Shown here in pieces: positions 13,243 through 24,460 of a stretch of 64,000 bases of DNA (position 1 is the first letter of the stretch; every line of letters begins with the position of its first letter). The translations under genes and the position numbers were made by a program. The notes beneath the pieces were generated by a model. The model was not told where the DNA came from. It made no database searches and saw only the letters and a list, made by a program, of their open reading frames with translations. Source of the stretch: Heptranchias perlo (taxonomy: Eukaryota). The stretch spans positions 15,252,001 to 15,316,000 of the forward strand of contig NC_090340.1 in the NCBI RefSeq assembly GCF_035084215.1, read 5' to 3'.

Positions 13243-13739
13243 GTAAGATCTACTGTAAGCGTTTGATTTTCATACAAAACTTCAGGGAGCGGTGGGGAGA
13301 GGTAGTGTGAGACTCGGAATAACACGAAGAAGGCAGTGTTATCTGATTTCGGGGAGCGTCCATTGTTCCAACAGTAACAGATTCTGCACTTTAAAAAGCA
13401 GAAATCCTCACAGAATCAGATTAAAAATGGATCCGATTACCTCTCTATTTGCAACAAAAATTTCCACTTTCCACTATGTACCCTGATACATAATCACTTT
13501 CCAAACCAGTGGGCTGTGGATCCCCAACTAGTTTGAATGAAGCGGTGTGAGGCTGCGGCCGATAATGGCCATAAGTCATTGCTGATCGCTACCTGGACTC
13601 CGATTCAAACATGGTCGGTACACTCTGAAATTGAAAATCATGTTCCGCTTCATACTGACACTGGAAAGGTCCTTAAAATCACTACTATGGAAACTTAGCA
13701 AATATTTCAATCATTCCTGATAATTACATTTCATTAATT

Positions 13740-13787
13740 CATGGATAAAAACTGGACCGAACGGTCATGAATGGCCGGTACGTTCAT
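13740..13787 (+). pseudogene. Dead copy of the cytoplasmic micro-exon
   Basis: Homologous to 37224-37267 (ggaccga...catgaa...g|gtacgttca) but the AG acceptor is lost and there is an internal deletion. Confidence 0.7.
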
Positions 13788-13970
13788 CCATTCATCGCAG
13801 CAAAGGGTTCAAATGTGCAGAAAGATTGATACCATGGAGATATTTTAATCAAAATGATGTCAGAACAGTTTGCCTATTTCCTAAAAGAAGTTGCTTTGTT
13901 CCGCTGAAAGTTCATTCAAATCGTGTTCAGAAAAAATATTTGACGCTGGCGGGGAGGAATTTTACCCTCC

Positions 13971-14074
13971 GGGGCGAAATTGGTTTTCGGAAAAGAAAGG
14001 CGAGTGCAGTGTCCAACGGGCGGCCGCTTCGCTATCGCCCGTTTCGCGCTACCGCCGAAGGCCAATTTCACCCT
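13971..14074. mobile_element. Short palindromic MITE-like insertion
   Basis: gggcgaaattggttttcgg ... ccgaaggccaatttcaccc are imperfect terminal inverted repeats; absent from the paralogous intron near 37.4-37.6 kb. Confidence 0.55.
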
Positions 14075-14452
14075 GTCTCCGGTGTGTTGCTATTTTAAAT
14101 TATTAATTAGCACAAAATGAAACTGTTAGTTTCGTTGAAAATGTATCTAAGCAATTTTATAGAGTCAATATTATTCATAATTGGGGAAATTCTTAATATT
14201 GTGGAACTACCGCTCATTTAATCATTTATGTGGTGTATAATGAACATTAACGGGTTTAAATATTAAGTTATAGCGAGCACAGTACTCATCGGTCCAAACA
14301 TTCCCACTTATGTAACAATATTAATTATGGTTTCTGCAGTTTATTTCTCGTCGACGTTGTTTTGTTCACTGTTTAACTAATAGTCTGTAAACTGGTGAAG
14401 GCAATGAACGAGCAAACATTACAAAACATACACTTGTCCCTGGCCCATGTAG

Positions 14453-14466
14453 GAAGCAAAGACTGA
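14453..14466 (+). CDS. Proximal terminal exon with a degenerate tail; direct splice from TM gives GSKD-stop (271-aa protein)
   Basis: tag acceptor retained. Paralog of 37922-38068 with indels destroying the ITIM/ITSM. AATAAA at 15031 is conserved with 38734. Confidence 0.5.
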
Positions 14467-17400
14467 GATCGTTGATACGCTGCTTTCCGATCGAACAGAA
14501 CTCATCAAACTCCAAGACGTAAATGAAGAGGAATGTGTACAATCAGGCGGGGGTGGGAAGAGGATCAGACAGACACAGATCACCAGCGTAGCATCAATAA
14601 TCATGGGATAACGAAAAATATAAGGTTGGTTGACTCTGGTCGTTTATTGTATCTAAAGTTGTTTGTGTGTTATTCTGTTGATTGTTTTCGGCAGCAGTCC
14701 ACAAACTGGCAAAACCACCAATTAAAAATATTTCCAAACACGGGTTACAAACCAAAAAAGGGACCCACGCGACTCTAAGCTCCCAAAAAATGGGGAAATC
14801 CCAAAATAACAAATAAAACACAGATTAACATGTTCCAGTATTATATCATTCAAAGAAGGTGTAATTGTTTGTTATTGCTTAAATGTTTGAGGAATTTTCA
14901 TTGATTTACTTGTCCTAAAAATGAATTTTCTTTGCACCTTTTTGACCAAGCTGTTATGTTTTACAGATGAGAAATTTCTGCAATTATATACTAATTGTTT
15001 TTGTACCTAGTTATTATCATGCTTAACTTCAATAAAAATAGATGTTCTACGATTTCTCACTTATCAGCCATTAGCGATCCTTTTTCTTCGCGAGTAAAAC
15101 TGCAAAACCTGAATTTTGATCGATGTGTTGCCTTGCTGTATTGTGACTTCCAGTCCAGGCGATTCTGCCGATGTGGAAGGCAGGACGCTGCAGTCTATGG
15201 ACTCGTCCATAAATCCACTGAACCCAGATTGCAGTTGATGGAACATGAGGTACCTTTCTCTAATCTCTGAATGAATATCCATTTCGCCCAGACAATTCCA
15301 AGTCGCTCCCAAAGGAAATGCCCCGATTATTCAAAAGGACAGAGATTCTAGAGAGTTCTGAGACAAGCAACAAGAATGAATCCGGGACCTGGCAGTTAAG
15401 TTGTGAGAAAAACCCCACGGAGCCGATTGCATTTTTATTGGAGGTAATAACAAATTAAAAAGGATTCAGGCCTTTAAAATGTTGAAAGACGTGGTTGATG
15501 TAGATAAGCTCGCTGTATGACTTTACACGCAACAACAGGTTCTGAGTTTACAATCCTCAAAGAAGAGAATAGAATTACAACCATTTTTTACTGTGGCTGT
15601 TTGTTCAGCTGGGGGATAACTAGTAGTTTGAATGGTTAAACAATCATCTATTTGGAAGTAGATCACTTGAATTACAGGGTGAGAACTATCTGGTTACTGG
15701 AAGAATAGCAGCCCAACAGTTCCAGCGACTAAGCCTTCAACTCAGAACTTAAAGATAATACAAGACGTAGTTGCATTTTATTTGGCCTAACCGTCTTGGT
15801 TTGATGACTCTGTGCATTAACAAGCCTTTTAGAGTCCAAGAATGTTACAGCAGAGAAGCAGATCATTGGGCTTCTAATGTCTGAACTTTTTTCTCTCCAC
15901 ATGAACCAGTTAATTTGTCCTATTTTGCTTTTAGATTCCCACGATCTTTAATGTCCCTCTTTTCAAGCAACTAATTCCATTCTAAAAGAAATCCTGCACT
16001 GGGTTTGTGGCAGAGAACTTTATATCTCATTCTAACCAGCCTCCGTGTAGAGAGTATTTTACCTCTCCCTTTATTTTTTGAGATTATTTTAAATTTCTGG
16101 TCAATCGCTACAGTTTACTGACCACTGGAAACAATATAACATTATTACCTTATCATAACGCGTCTTACTGTTGAAAACCTCTTAAACATCTCAGCTCAGG
16201 TCAAAGATGTCCAAGCTTCTCAAATATTAACAACCCCACGTTCCTGGGAATTAAATCTGCCCCTTTTCAATTGTTTTTATATCTTTCCATAGTTTTAGGA
16301 AAACTTTTCCACCAGCTGAACATTATCTCCTTCCTTTTGTATTTTATGCCACCAAATACTAAACCAGGACATTCCCTTTGCATTTTTATTTTATAATAAA
16401 TTTCTGCTGCCATCATTCGTTAAGGTGCCTCTGCTGCTCTCCAATTAAAATCGTATAATTTAAGATGCATTTCCCATTCTTACCTCCAGAAATGTACTAT
16501 TTCACATTTCTCTCCATTCGCTATGGATCATCTAACTGCCCTTCGAACTAACTATCGATGTCGCCGGCAGAATTTCATAATCTGCATGAGAATGTCATTC
16601 CCTCCTCCCCATTGTTTGTCATCTGCAAATTTTAATGTTGCTCCCTCAATTCCCCAGTCAAGATAATTAATCTTTATAATAAATAAAAGCAGCCCAGCAG
16701 AGACCCCGGGGAACACCTCTCGGCACATCTTTCCACTCCGAGAAATATTCTTTTACCCTTATACTTTGTTTTCTGTCCTCCAATCATCTCTCAATCCCCA
16801 TAGCCACTTTGTACTTACTTTCACGTGCTTTTGTCGTATATGGTATCTTACCAAATGCGTTTTGAAAATCCATACAAACTACATCTGCGGCATTCTCTTT
16901 CTCTATTCTCTTTGTTATTTCTTCAATTCATTCTTTAAATCAAGCGGATTTGCTTTTTTCTAAATTCGTGATTGCTGGACTTGATTAGTTCAGGTTTCTG
17001 CAAGAATTTCGCAATTTTATGGCGAATGTCGCAGGCCCTGCAAATTGCAAGTAAATGTGCAACTGTTTACGTATCATTATGTTGCAGGTTGCTTCACATT
17101 GTTTTTTCTCATTTATAACAATTCGTTGGATTCGAGGAACATTATTGTTGTAGATTATTTTGAAAATTATTTAACCGAAAGTGACACATTTATGTGCAGT
17201 GGTACAAAATTAACATTTGGACATTCTATCAATCCTGTGTTCTGAGAAAAAGTAAGATATCAACTGAGGTGTTGACTAGTCTGGATTTAGCTACACGAAA
17301 TGTTTTGCTAAATATCGACACTAGCGAATCGTTTTCTCGAGCTAAAATGAAGCGCGTGTTATTTATTCGCCCCATCAGTGTAAACATCTTGAGAAGAATG

Positions 17401-19011
17401 TTACACATTCATATTGCTCCTATTACAGTGTTTTGCACCTTAAGACTGGTGGTTGGAGGTGATAAATGAGAAGATTGTACAGATAATTTCGAATGAGGTA
17501 TCTAGCAATCCTGCTCCAACCACATCAGAGGCAAGAAATCCGTATTCGGGATATCACAGGCGAGGCATATCCATTCGGAATTTCTGTTCCTTGACCGCCG
17601 GGAATCAGCAGTTCAGGTTCATAACAAGGGGTGACTAGAAGACTGTATAGTCTGTGGAGGGTTATTTCGCTTGACAGCATTGAAGGATTATAAGACAAAG
17701 CTGTCATGGATATATGTCATGAATATCTGTATTAGCAAGAATCAGGACCGGTGGAATTGATACACGTTTTGAGAAAGTAAATATTAGCGTGGGATTATAA
17801 AAATAAATGATTGGCCAGTGACTATTTTTAGCATAAGGGAACTCAATATTAATTATTCCCCATTTACATTCAGTTTCATCACACCATCACAGCTTGCAGT
17901 TAATGAACAGACCAGATCATTTAAATGTTTTTTTATGAATTATAATGATATGTCATAATGGATATATCCAGTATAATTGTGAATACATAATAGGGACGTT
18001 GAAGGGAGATTGCGGTATGTAATGCAGTAAAAACCGATACTCATTTTATTTCCATCTTTTCATCTGGAAAGAACATAACAGAAAATAGATAGTTACCTCG
18101 TAATGTTACAAATGCACTTCATTCATCTGATTTCTGGTTTGTTTCGTGTTTTCCATAACTCTTTTCAACCTTGATGGTGAGCTGAACCATGATCCTTGGA
18201 ACTTCGTTTGTTGTGTGTGACAACAACCGTTCACCGATATACTCAAGATTTCGACTGAGTTTACCCAGCACTGACAGAAACATGAGAGTTGGTACATTCA
18301 AGGATGTAACGCAGTCCAAAGTCCACAACATCATTTGAGCTACTTGATGCTAAAGTTGAACCCTCATTGCCTTAGTGAATGATTCTGCAGTAATGATTAA
18401 ATTGTATGGTTTGAATTTATTTATGGAAATACAAATTTACAATAAAAGGCTGCACATTGAGGCAAAGCGTAGCATACACTATAGGGATCAGTTTGTGTGA
18501 ACAGGTCATACCAGGGAGACTCAAATATCCATGACAGTGGCCACACTTGATATTTAACAAACTGACGATTTTAATGACCAACGCAACTTAAAGCTCTGAC
18601 CATTTTCATAGGGGAATGCTAGCACATGTTATCGCTGTGTCACACTTGTATCTGGTTTGCTTAAATTCGGTTTTCATTTAAAAAAGCAACAAATTACAAC
18701 TGAAAATGTACAGAACACCCAAATCAAATATGAGGAAGGTGGATAGAAACAACACCGATGATGAATTCCAAAGAACATATTGAAGTAACAAAGCATGACT
18801 GGTGAGTACAATCTACAAACAAAATAAAGAGAAACAAATGAAATTGCTCCACTTTTTGAAAATCTTTTGCTTTTTGTTCCACCACTAAAATGAGGGATTA
18901 CTGCTGGCAAAATATCGCGGTTACAAGATTTAGAAGAAAATATTCAAACCTATTAACACAATTGTAAGGAATCTTACAACACCAGGTTATAGTCCAACAA
19001 ATTTATTTTAA

Positions 19012-19052
19012 AATCACAAGCTTTCGGAGATTATCTCCTTCGTCAGATGATT
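19012..19052 (-). ncRNA. Minimal type I hammerhead ribozyme (Penelope pLTR copy 1)
   Basis: AAUCAU-CUGACGA-A-GGAGA UAA UCUCC-GAAA-GCUU-GUGAUU gives stem I, core, stem II and a palindromic AGCU stem III. Confidence 0.8.
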
Positions 19053-19288
19053 GAATGAAAAGGTTCTCAAATCGCATATCTTATACGATGTTGGGACAGC
19101 ATCACACCAATCAAAAGGTGTCGTTGTTATTCAAACAGGCCAGTCACGGAGAACAGCACGTCCCAGTACACTCGATATACATTGTGTCTTTTACACAGGC
19201 AGGCAGAAAGAAACTTAAAATGGCAGAGAGAGAGAGAGAGAGAATTTTAAAAAACATATAAATTTTTTCCCCCTTTTTGCTGGTGGGG

Positions 19289-22000
19289 TTACGTGTAGCG
19301 TGACATGAACCCAAGATCCCGGTTGAGGCCGTCCTCATGGGTGCGGAACTTGGCTATCAACTTCTGCTCGACGATTTTGCGTTGTCGTGTGTCTCGAAGG
19401 CCGCCTTGGAGAACGCTTACCCGAAGATCGGTGGCTGAATGTCCTTGACTGCTAAAGTGTTCCCCGACTGGGAGGGAACCCTCCTGTTTGGCGATTGTTG
19501 CGCGGTGTCCGTTCATCCGTTGTCGCAGCGTCTGCATGGTCTCGCCAATGTACCATGCTCCGGGGCATCCTTTCCTGCAACGTATGAGGTAAACAACGTT
19601 GGCCGAGTCACAGGAGTATGAACCATGTACCTGGTGGGTGGTGTCCTCTCGTGTGATGGTGGTATCCGTGTCGATGATCTGGCATGTCTTGCAGAGGTTG
19701 CCGTGGCAGGGTTGTGTGGTGTCGTGGACGCTGTTCTCCTGAAAACTGGGTAACTTGCTGCGAACGATGGTCTGTTTGAGGTTGGGTGGCTGTTTAAAGG
19801 CGAGCAGTGGAGGCGTGGGGATGGCCTTAGCGAGGTGTTCGTCGTCATCGATGACATGTTGAAGGCTGCGGAGAACATGGTGTAGTTTCTCTGCTCCAGG
19901 GAAGTACTGGACGACGAAGGGTACTCTGTTGGTTGCGTCCCGTGTTTGTCTTCTGAGGAGGTCTATGCGATTCTTCGCTGTGGCCCGTCGGAACTGTCGA
20001 TCGACAAGTCGAGCGTCATATCCCGTTCTTACGAGGGCGTCTTTCAGCGTCTGTAGGTGTCCATCGCGTTCCTCCTCGTCTGAGCAGATCCTGTGTATTC
20101 GTAGGGCCTGTCCATAGGGGATGGCCTCTTTGACGTGGTTGGGGTGGAAGCTGGAAAAGTGGAGCATCGTGAGGTTGTCCGTGGGCTTGCGGTAGAGTGA
20201 GGTGCTGAGGTGCCCGTCTTTGATGGAGATTTGTGTGTCCAAGAAAGAAACCGATTCTGAGGAGTAGTCCATGGTGAGTTTGATGGTGGGATGGAACTTG
20301 TTGATGTTATCGTGTAGTCTCTACAGTGATTCTTCGCCGTGGGTCCATAGGAAGAAAATGTCGTCGATGTATCTGGTGTATAGTGTTGGTTGGAGGTCCT
20401 GTGCAGTGAAGAAGTCGTGCTCGAACTTGTGCATGAAAATGTTGGCGTATTGGGGTGCGAATTTGGTCCCCATGGCTGTTCCGTGTGTTTGGGTAAAGAA
20501 CTGGTTATTGAAGGTGAAGACATTGTGATCCAGGATGAAGCGGATGAGTTGTAGGATGGCGTCTGGAGATTGGCTGTTGTTGGTGTTGAGTACTGAGGCT
20601 GTTGCAGCGATGCCGTCATCGTGGGGGATACTGGTGTATAGTGCCGAGACGTCCATCGTGGTGAGAAGTGTTCCTGGTTCAACTGGTCCGTGGGTGCTGA
20701 GTTTTTGTAGGAAGTCTGTAGTGTCGCGACAGAAGCTGGGGGTTCCCTGTACAATGGGTTTCAGGATGCCCTCGACGTATCCAGAGAGGTTCTCACACAG
20801 GGTTCCATTGCCTGATACGATAGGACGTCCGGGTGTGTTGGCTTTGTGTATCTTTGGGAGGCAGTAGAAGTCTCCCACGCGGGGAGTACGTGGGATGAGA
20901 GTGCGTAGGATGCTTTGAAGGTCTGGATCGAAGGTCTTGATCAGTTTGTTGAGCTGGTGGGTGTGTTCTTTGGTCGGATCTGCGGGTAACCGTCTGTAGT
21001 GTTCCTGGTTGTCCAGTTGTCGGTATGCTTCTTTGCAATAGTCCGTTCTGTTCTGTATGACAATGGCTCCTCCTTTGTCCGCTGGTTTGATGACGATGTT
21101 TCGGTTGGTCTTGAGAGCGTTGATGGCGTTGCGTTGTGCTCGGGTGACATTCTGGACTGTCTTCTGAGTGCGCCTGATGAATCTGGCATTGACGCATTTC
21201 CTGACAGCTTGGGCATACAAGTCAAGCTGAGGGTAGCGACCCTCCGGAGGAGTCCAGTTTGACTCTTTCCTCTTCGGTTGCTGTACCGTGGATCCCTCTG
21301 TCTGCTGTTCTGGATCATTGATTGTCTCATTGGGTTCACTGTTGAAATCTTGGGGTTTGTGGTAAAATTCCCGGAGCCTCATTCTCCTGATGAATTCCTC
21401 TGTGTCCGCCGCGAGACCGATGCGGTCCATTTTGGTGGTGGGGCAGAAATTGAGCCCTCGGCTGAGAACCTCGATTTCGTCTGGTTGAAGGGTGTGGTCG
21501 GACAAATTGATGATAGAGTTCCCTGTGGTTGTAACCGTGGTACCGGGGGAGGCTTGGTCGTTGCTGGTGGTGATGCCGAGTTTCTCAAGCTTCCTGCTCT
21601 TGGTTTTCATGTAGGCAGTGTAGTTCCGTTGCCTCGTCTGTTTGGCGGTATATCGTAGCTGGTCTGCTGTGTCCTGAGTACAGGTTGAGAGTATGGACTC
21701 TATCTTGGTTTCGAGGTTGTGGCGTCTGCTGTAGAGTTGGTGTATGAGATGGTTGCAGAGTGTGCGGGAGGTACGGCGGCAGAGTCTCTCAGCGTAATCC
21801 GAGTTGTATGTGGACTTGAGTGGGTTCTTGATCTGTAGTCCTTTCGGGATCTTGTCTGCTTTCTTGCAGCTCTGTAAAAACTTGATGTCTGTGTCGATAT
21901 GCGCAATCTTCATGGAGATCCTTAACACTGTGAGCCGGCAGTTTGTGGTGTCGATAGTAGCCATGATATGGAGATGCCGGTGATGGACTGGGGTGGACAA
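19289..22000 (-). CDS. Penelope RT + GIY-YIG endonuclease with one in-frame TAG at 20321-20323
   Basis: IKPADKG, GRPIVS, DVSALYTSI, GTAMG, RYIDD, then VVYLIRC...YIGET...RMNGHR...EDGLN. The two ORFs share one frame. Confidence 0.92.
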
Positions 22001-22050
22001 ATGTAAGGAATCTTACAACACCAGGTTATAGTCCAACAAATTTATTTTAA

Positions 22051-22091
22051 AATCACAAGCTTTCGGAGATTATCTCCTTCGTCAGATGATT
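22051..22091 (-). ncRNA. Minimal type I hammerhead ribozyme (Penelope pLTR copy 2)
   Basis: Same sequence as 19012-19052, offset 3039 nt. Confidence 0.8.
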
Positions 22092-24089
22092 GAATGAAAA
22101 GGTTCTCAAATCGCATATCTTATACGATGTTGGGACAGCATCACACCAATCAAAAGGTGTCGTTGTTATTCAAACAGGCCAGTCACGGAGAACAGCACGT
22201 CCCAGTACACTCGATATACATTGTGTCTTTTACACAGGCAGGCAGAAAGAAACTTAAAATGGCAGAGAGAGAGAGAGAGAGAATTTTAAAAAACATATAA
22301 ATTTTTTCCCCCTTTTTGCTGGTGGGGTTACGTGTAGCGTGACATGAACCCAAGATCCCGGTTGAGGCCGTCCTCATGGGTGCGGAACTTGGCTATCAAC
22401 TTCTGCTCGACGATTTTGCGTTGTCGTGTGTCTCGAAGGCCGCCTTGGAGAACGCTTACCCGAAGATCGGTGGCTGAATGTCCTTGACTGCTAAAGTGTT
22501 CCCCGACTGGGAGGGAACCCTCCTGTTTGGCGATTGTTGCGCGGTGTCCGTTCATCCGTTGTCGCAGCGTCTGCATGGTCTCGCCAATGTACCATGCTCC
22601 GGGGCATCCTTTCCTGCAACGTATGAGGTAAACAACGTTGGCCGAGTCACAGGAGTATGAACCATGTACCTGGTGGGTACACAATAACATTTTCTGTGTT
22701 TTCAACAGATTCTGAGAGCATTTTCGGTTGGAAGCTTGCATCTCTCTGAGAAGCCCGAGTCTACAGTGTAAGGGCTTTCCAGAGATGTCAATCTGTCGGC
22801 TGACAAGGCAGGAGAGTACAATTCCGACAATGCACTGCTGTGACTGATTTTAACAGCCTGTGTAGAGAATTGCGAGCATGCACTTACAGCTTCTTCCTTT
22901 CTGAATCCAATGAACACGATCATTGTCAGAACATGCCATGACTTGTGATTCGCAAACACATCCTTTGTCTCTGTGCAGCAACGAAGGAGGCATTGCTGCG
23001 GAATGATGGAAAAAAAAGTTAAGAAGCATTGAATTTCCTCATCAAACACTTTAAAGAAAACAGCATTTTTTGCATGGAACATTAAAGCAATGTAAAACAG
23101 ATACTTTTGAAAACTTTCTAAAAGAGCTATATTCAACCGGTTAGTGATTTAGTTAACAAAATATATTACATGCCATTCCGTTCAATGGTCATGTGCACCT
23201 CTTTGACATCGTGTCATAGTAGGTACATCACAGAAGGAGGCCATTCGGCCCAACGTGACTGTGCCGACTCTTTGAGAGTGCGATCCAATTGGTCCCATTC
23301 CCTTGCTCTTTCCCGATTGCCCTACAAATATTTTCCCCTTCGAGTAATTACCAATTAATTTTTCAAAGTTACTATTGAATCCGCTTCCATCACTCTTTCA
23401 GGTTGTGCATTCCAGATCATTACAACTCGTTTCCTCGCCCATGGCTCTTTTGCTGATCATCTTAAATGGAAACTTAATTGCAGAGGTTACCTTCACCCTA
23501 ACAGTCTGCGTCCGAAATAGGTGTGACCAGTTCCTTCAGAGAAAGTGTCACAGAAACAAATTGCCCAATTTGGAACTCTCACTGAGAAACCATCGGATAG
23601 TTAGCATGGGGCTGAAAAAAATCATATTGGTACAATTGCCAGCGTTCTACTCAGGTTGGGGCTGAGATATACCCTTAGCACCATTCATGCCTTGATTCTG
23701 GATGGAGCTGACACCATAAAATGTCCCCTGTATAATCTGCAACGAAATTGCAAACCTATCCGTTGTAAACGGGTACGGAATTTTGTTATATATAGCACTT
23801 AGAGAACGACATAAGTCTATCAGGAAATAGTTTCATTCCCCAGCCCTCACACCCTTCGCCTCGATTAATGAGAATTCACCCCAAGAGATTTCAAAAAGGA
23901 GGAAAATGGAATTTGAAATTCAGTTGTACTAAAATCAGAAATATTCAAAATCAGATTACACTTCGGTTGTGCACTTTAGCTGTTCAGTAAAAGTAGACAC
24001 AGAAAAAATGTTGATTCAAATGAATCGCTTAGTGCCGTGCAGATATTTACAGTGGTGTCATATGTTAAAGAGCTCAACGCAAACTCCAA

Positions 24090-24460
24090 GCACAGCACTT
24101 CATCTTTCCATTAGGCCTTCCGGCCTTAACATTCAGTTCAACAACTTTAGATAATAACCACCGCTCCCACTTGATCGGACGACATGTCCTGGTTATGGTT
24201 CTGCTGTTAGCATTTACACTTCCTCTCGACAAATCTTTGTTTCTTCAGCTTTGTTTCTTTACTTGTCGCATTACAACCAACTTTTTCCTTTCACCATCAC
24301 CCTTTTTGTCATTTAATCACTCCTGCCCTACACTCTATCACAGACCTTCTCATTTGTTCTTAGCTCACTCCGCCCCCCTTTTTCCTGGCTATACACTAAC
24401 TTATAAACTGTTCAATCTCTAACTTCTTCCAGTCCTGATGAAAGGTCATCGTCCTGAAAC
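24090..24460 (+). mobile_element. Old Penelope-type 3' fragment with a hammerhead remnant
   Basis: GIY-YIG C-terminal pattern PSGLNIQFNNFR*, pyrimidine-rich UTR, and CTGATGA-aaggtcatcgtcct-GAAAC at about 24435-24460. Confidence 0.6.

Larger units (their letters stand above)
18963..22678 (-). mobile_element. Penelope-like element with 677-bp pseudo-LTRs and 7-bp TSD (ACACAAT)
   Basis: 18963-19639 is repeated at 22002-22678. TSD at 18956-18962 and 22679-22685. RT plus GIY-YIG ORF. Confidence 0.95.

Noticed and set aside
20272-20323. Frameshift or two-ORF structure in Penelope
   Set aside because: Both ORFs share a frame. A single TAG, most simply a point mutation, separates them
18963-22678. 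LTR retrotransposon
   Set aside because: The repeats include the ORF 3' end and the protein is RT+GIY-YIG with no gag or integrase, so these are Penelope pseudo-LTRs
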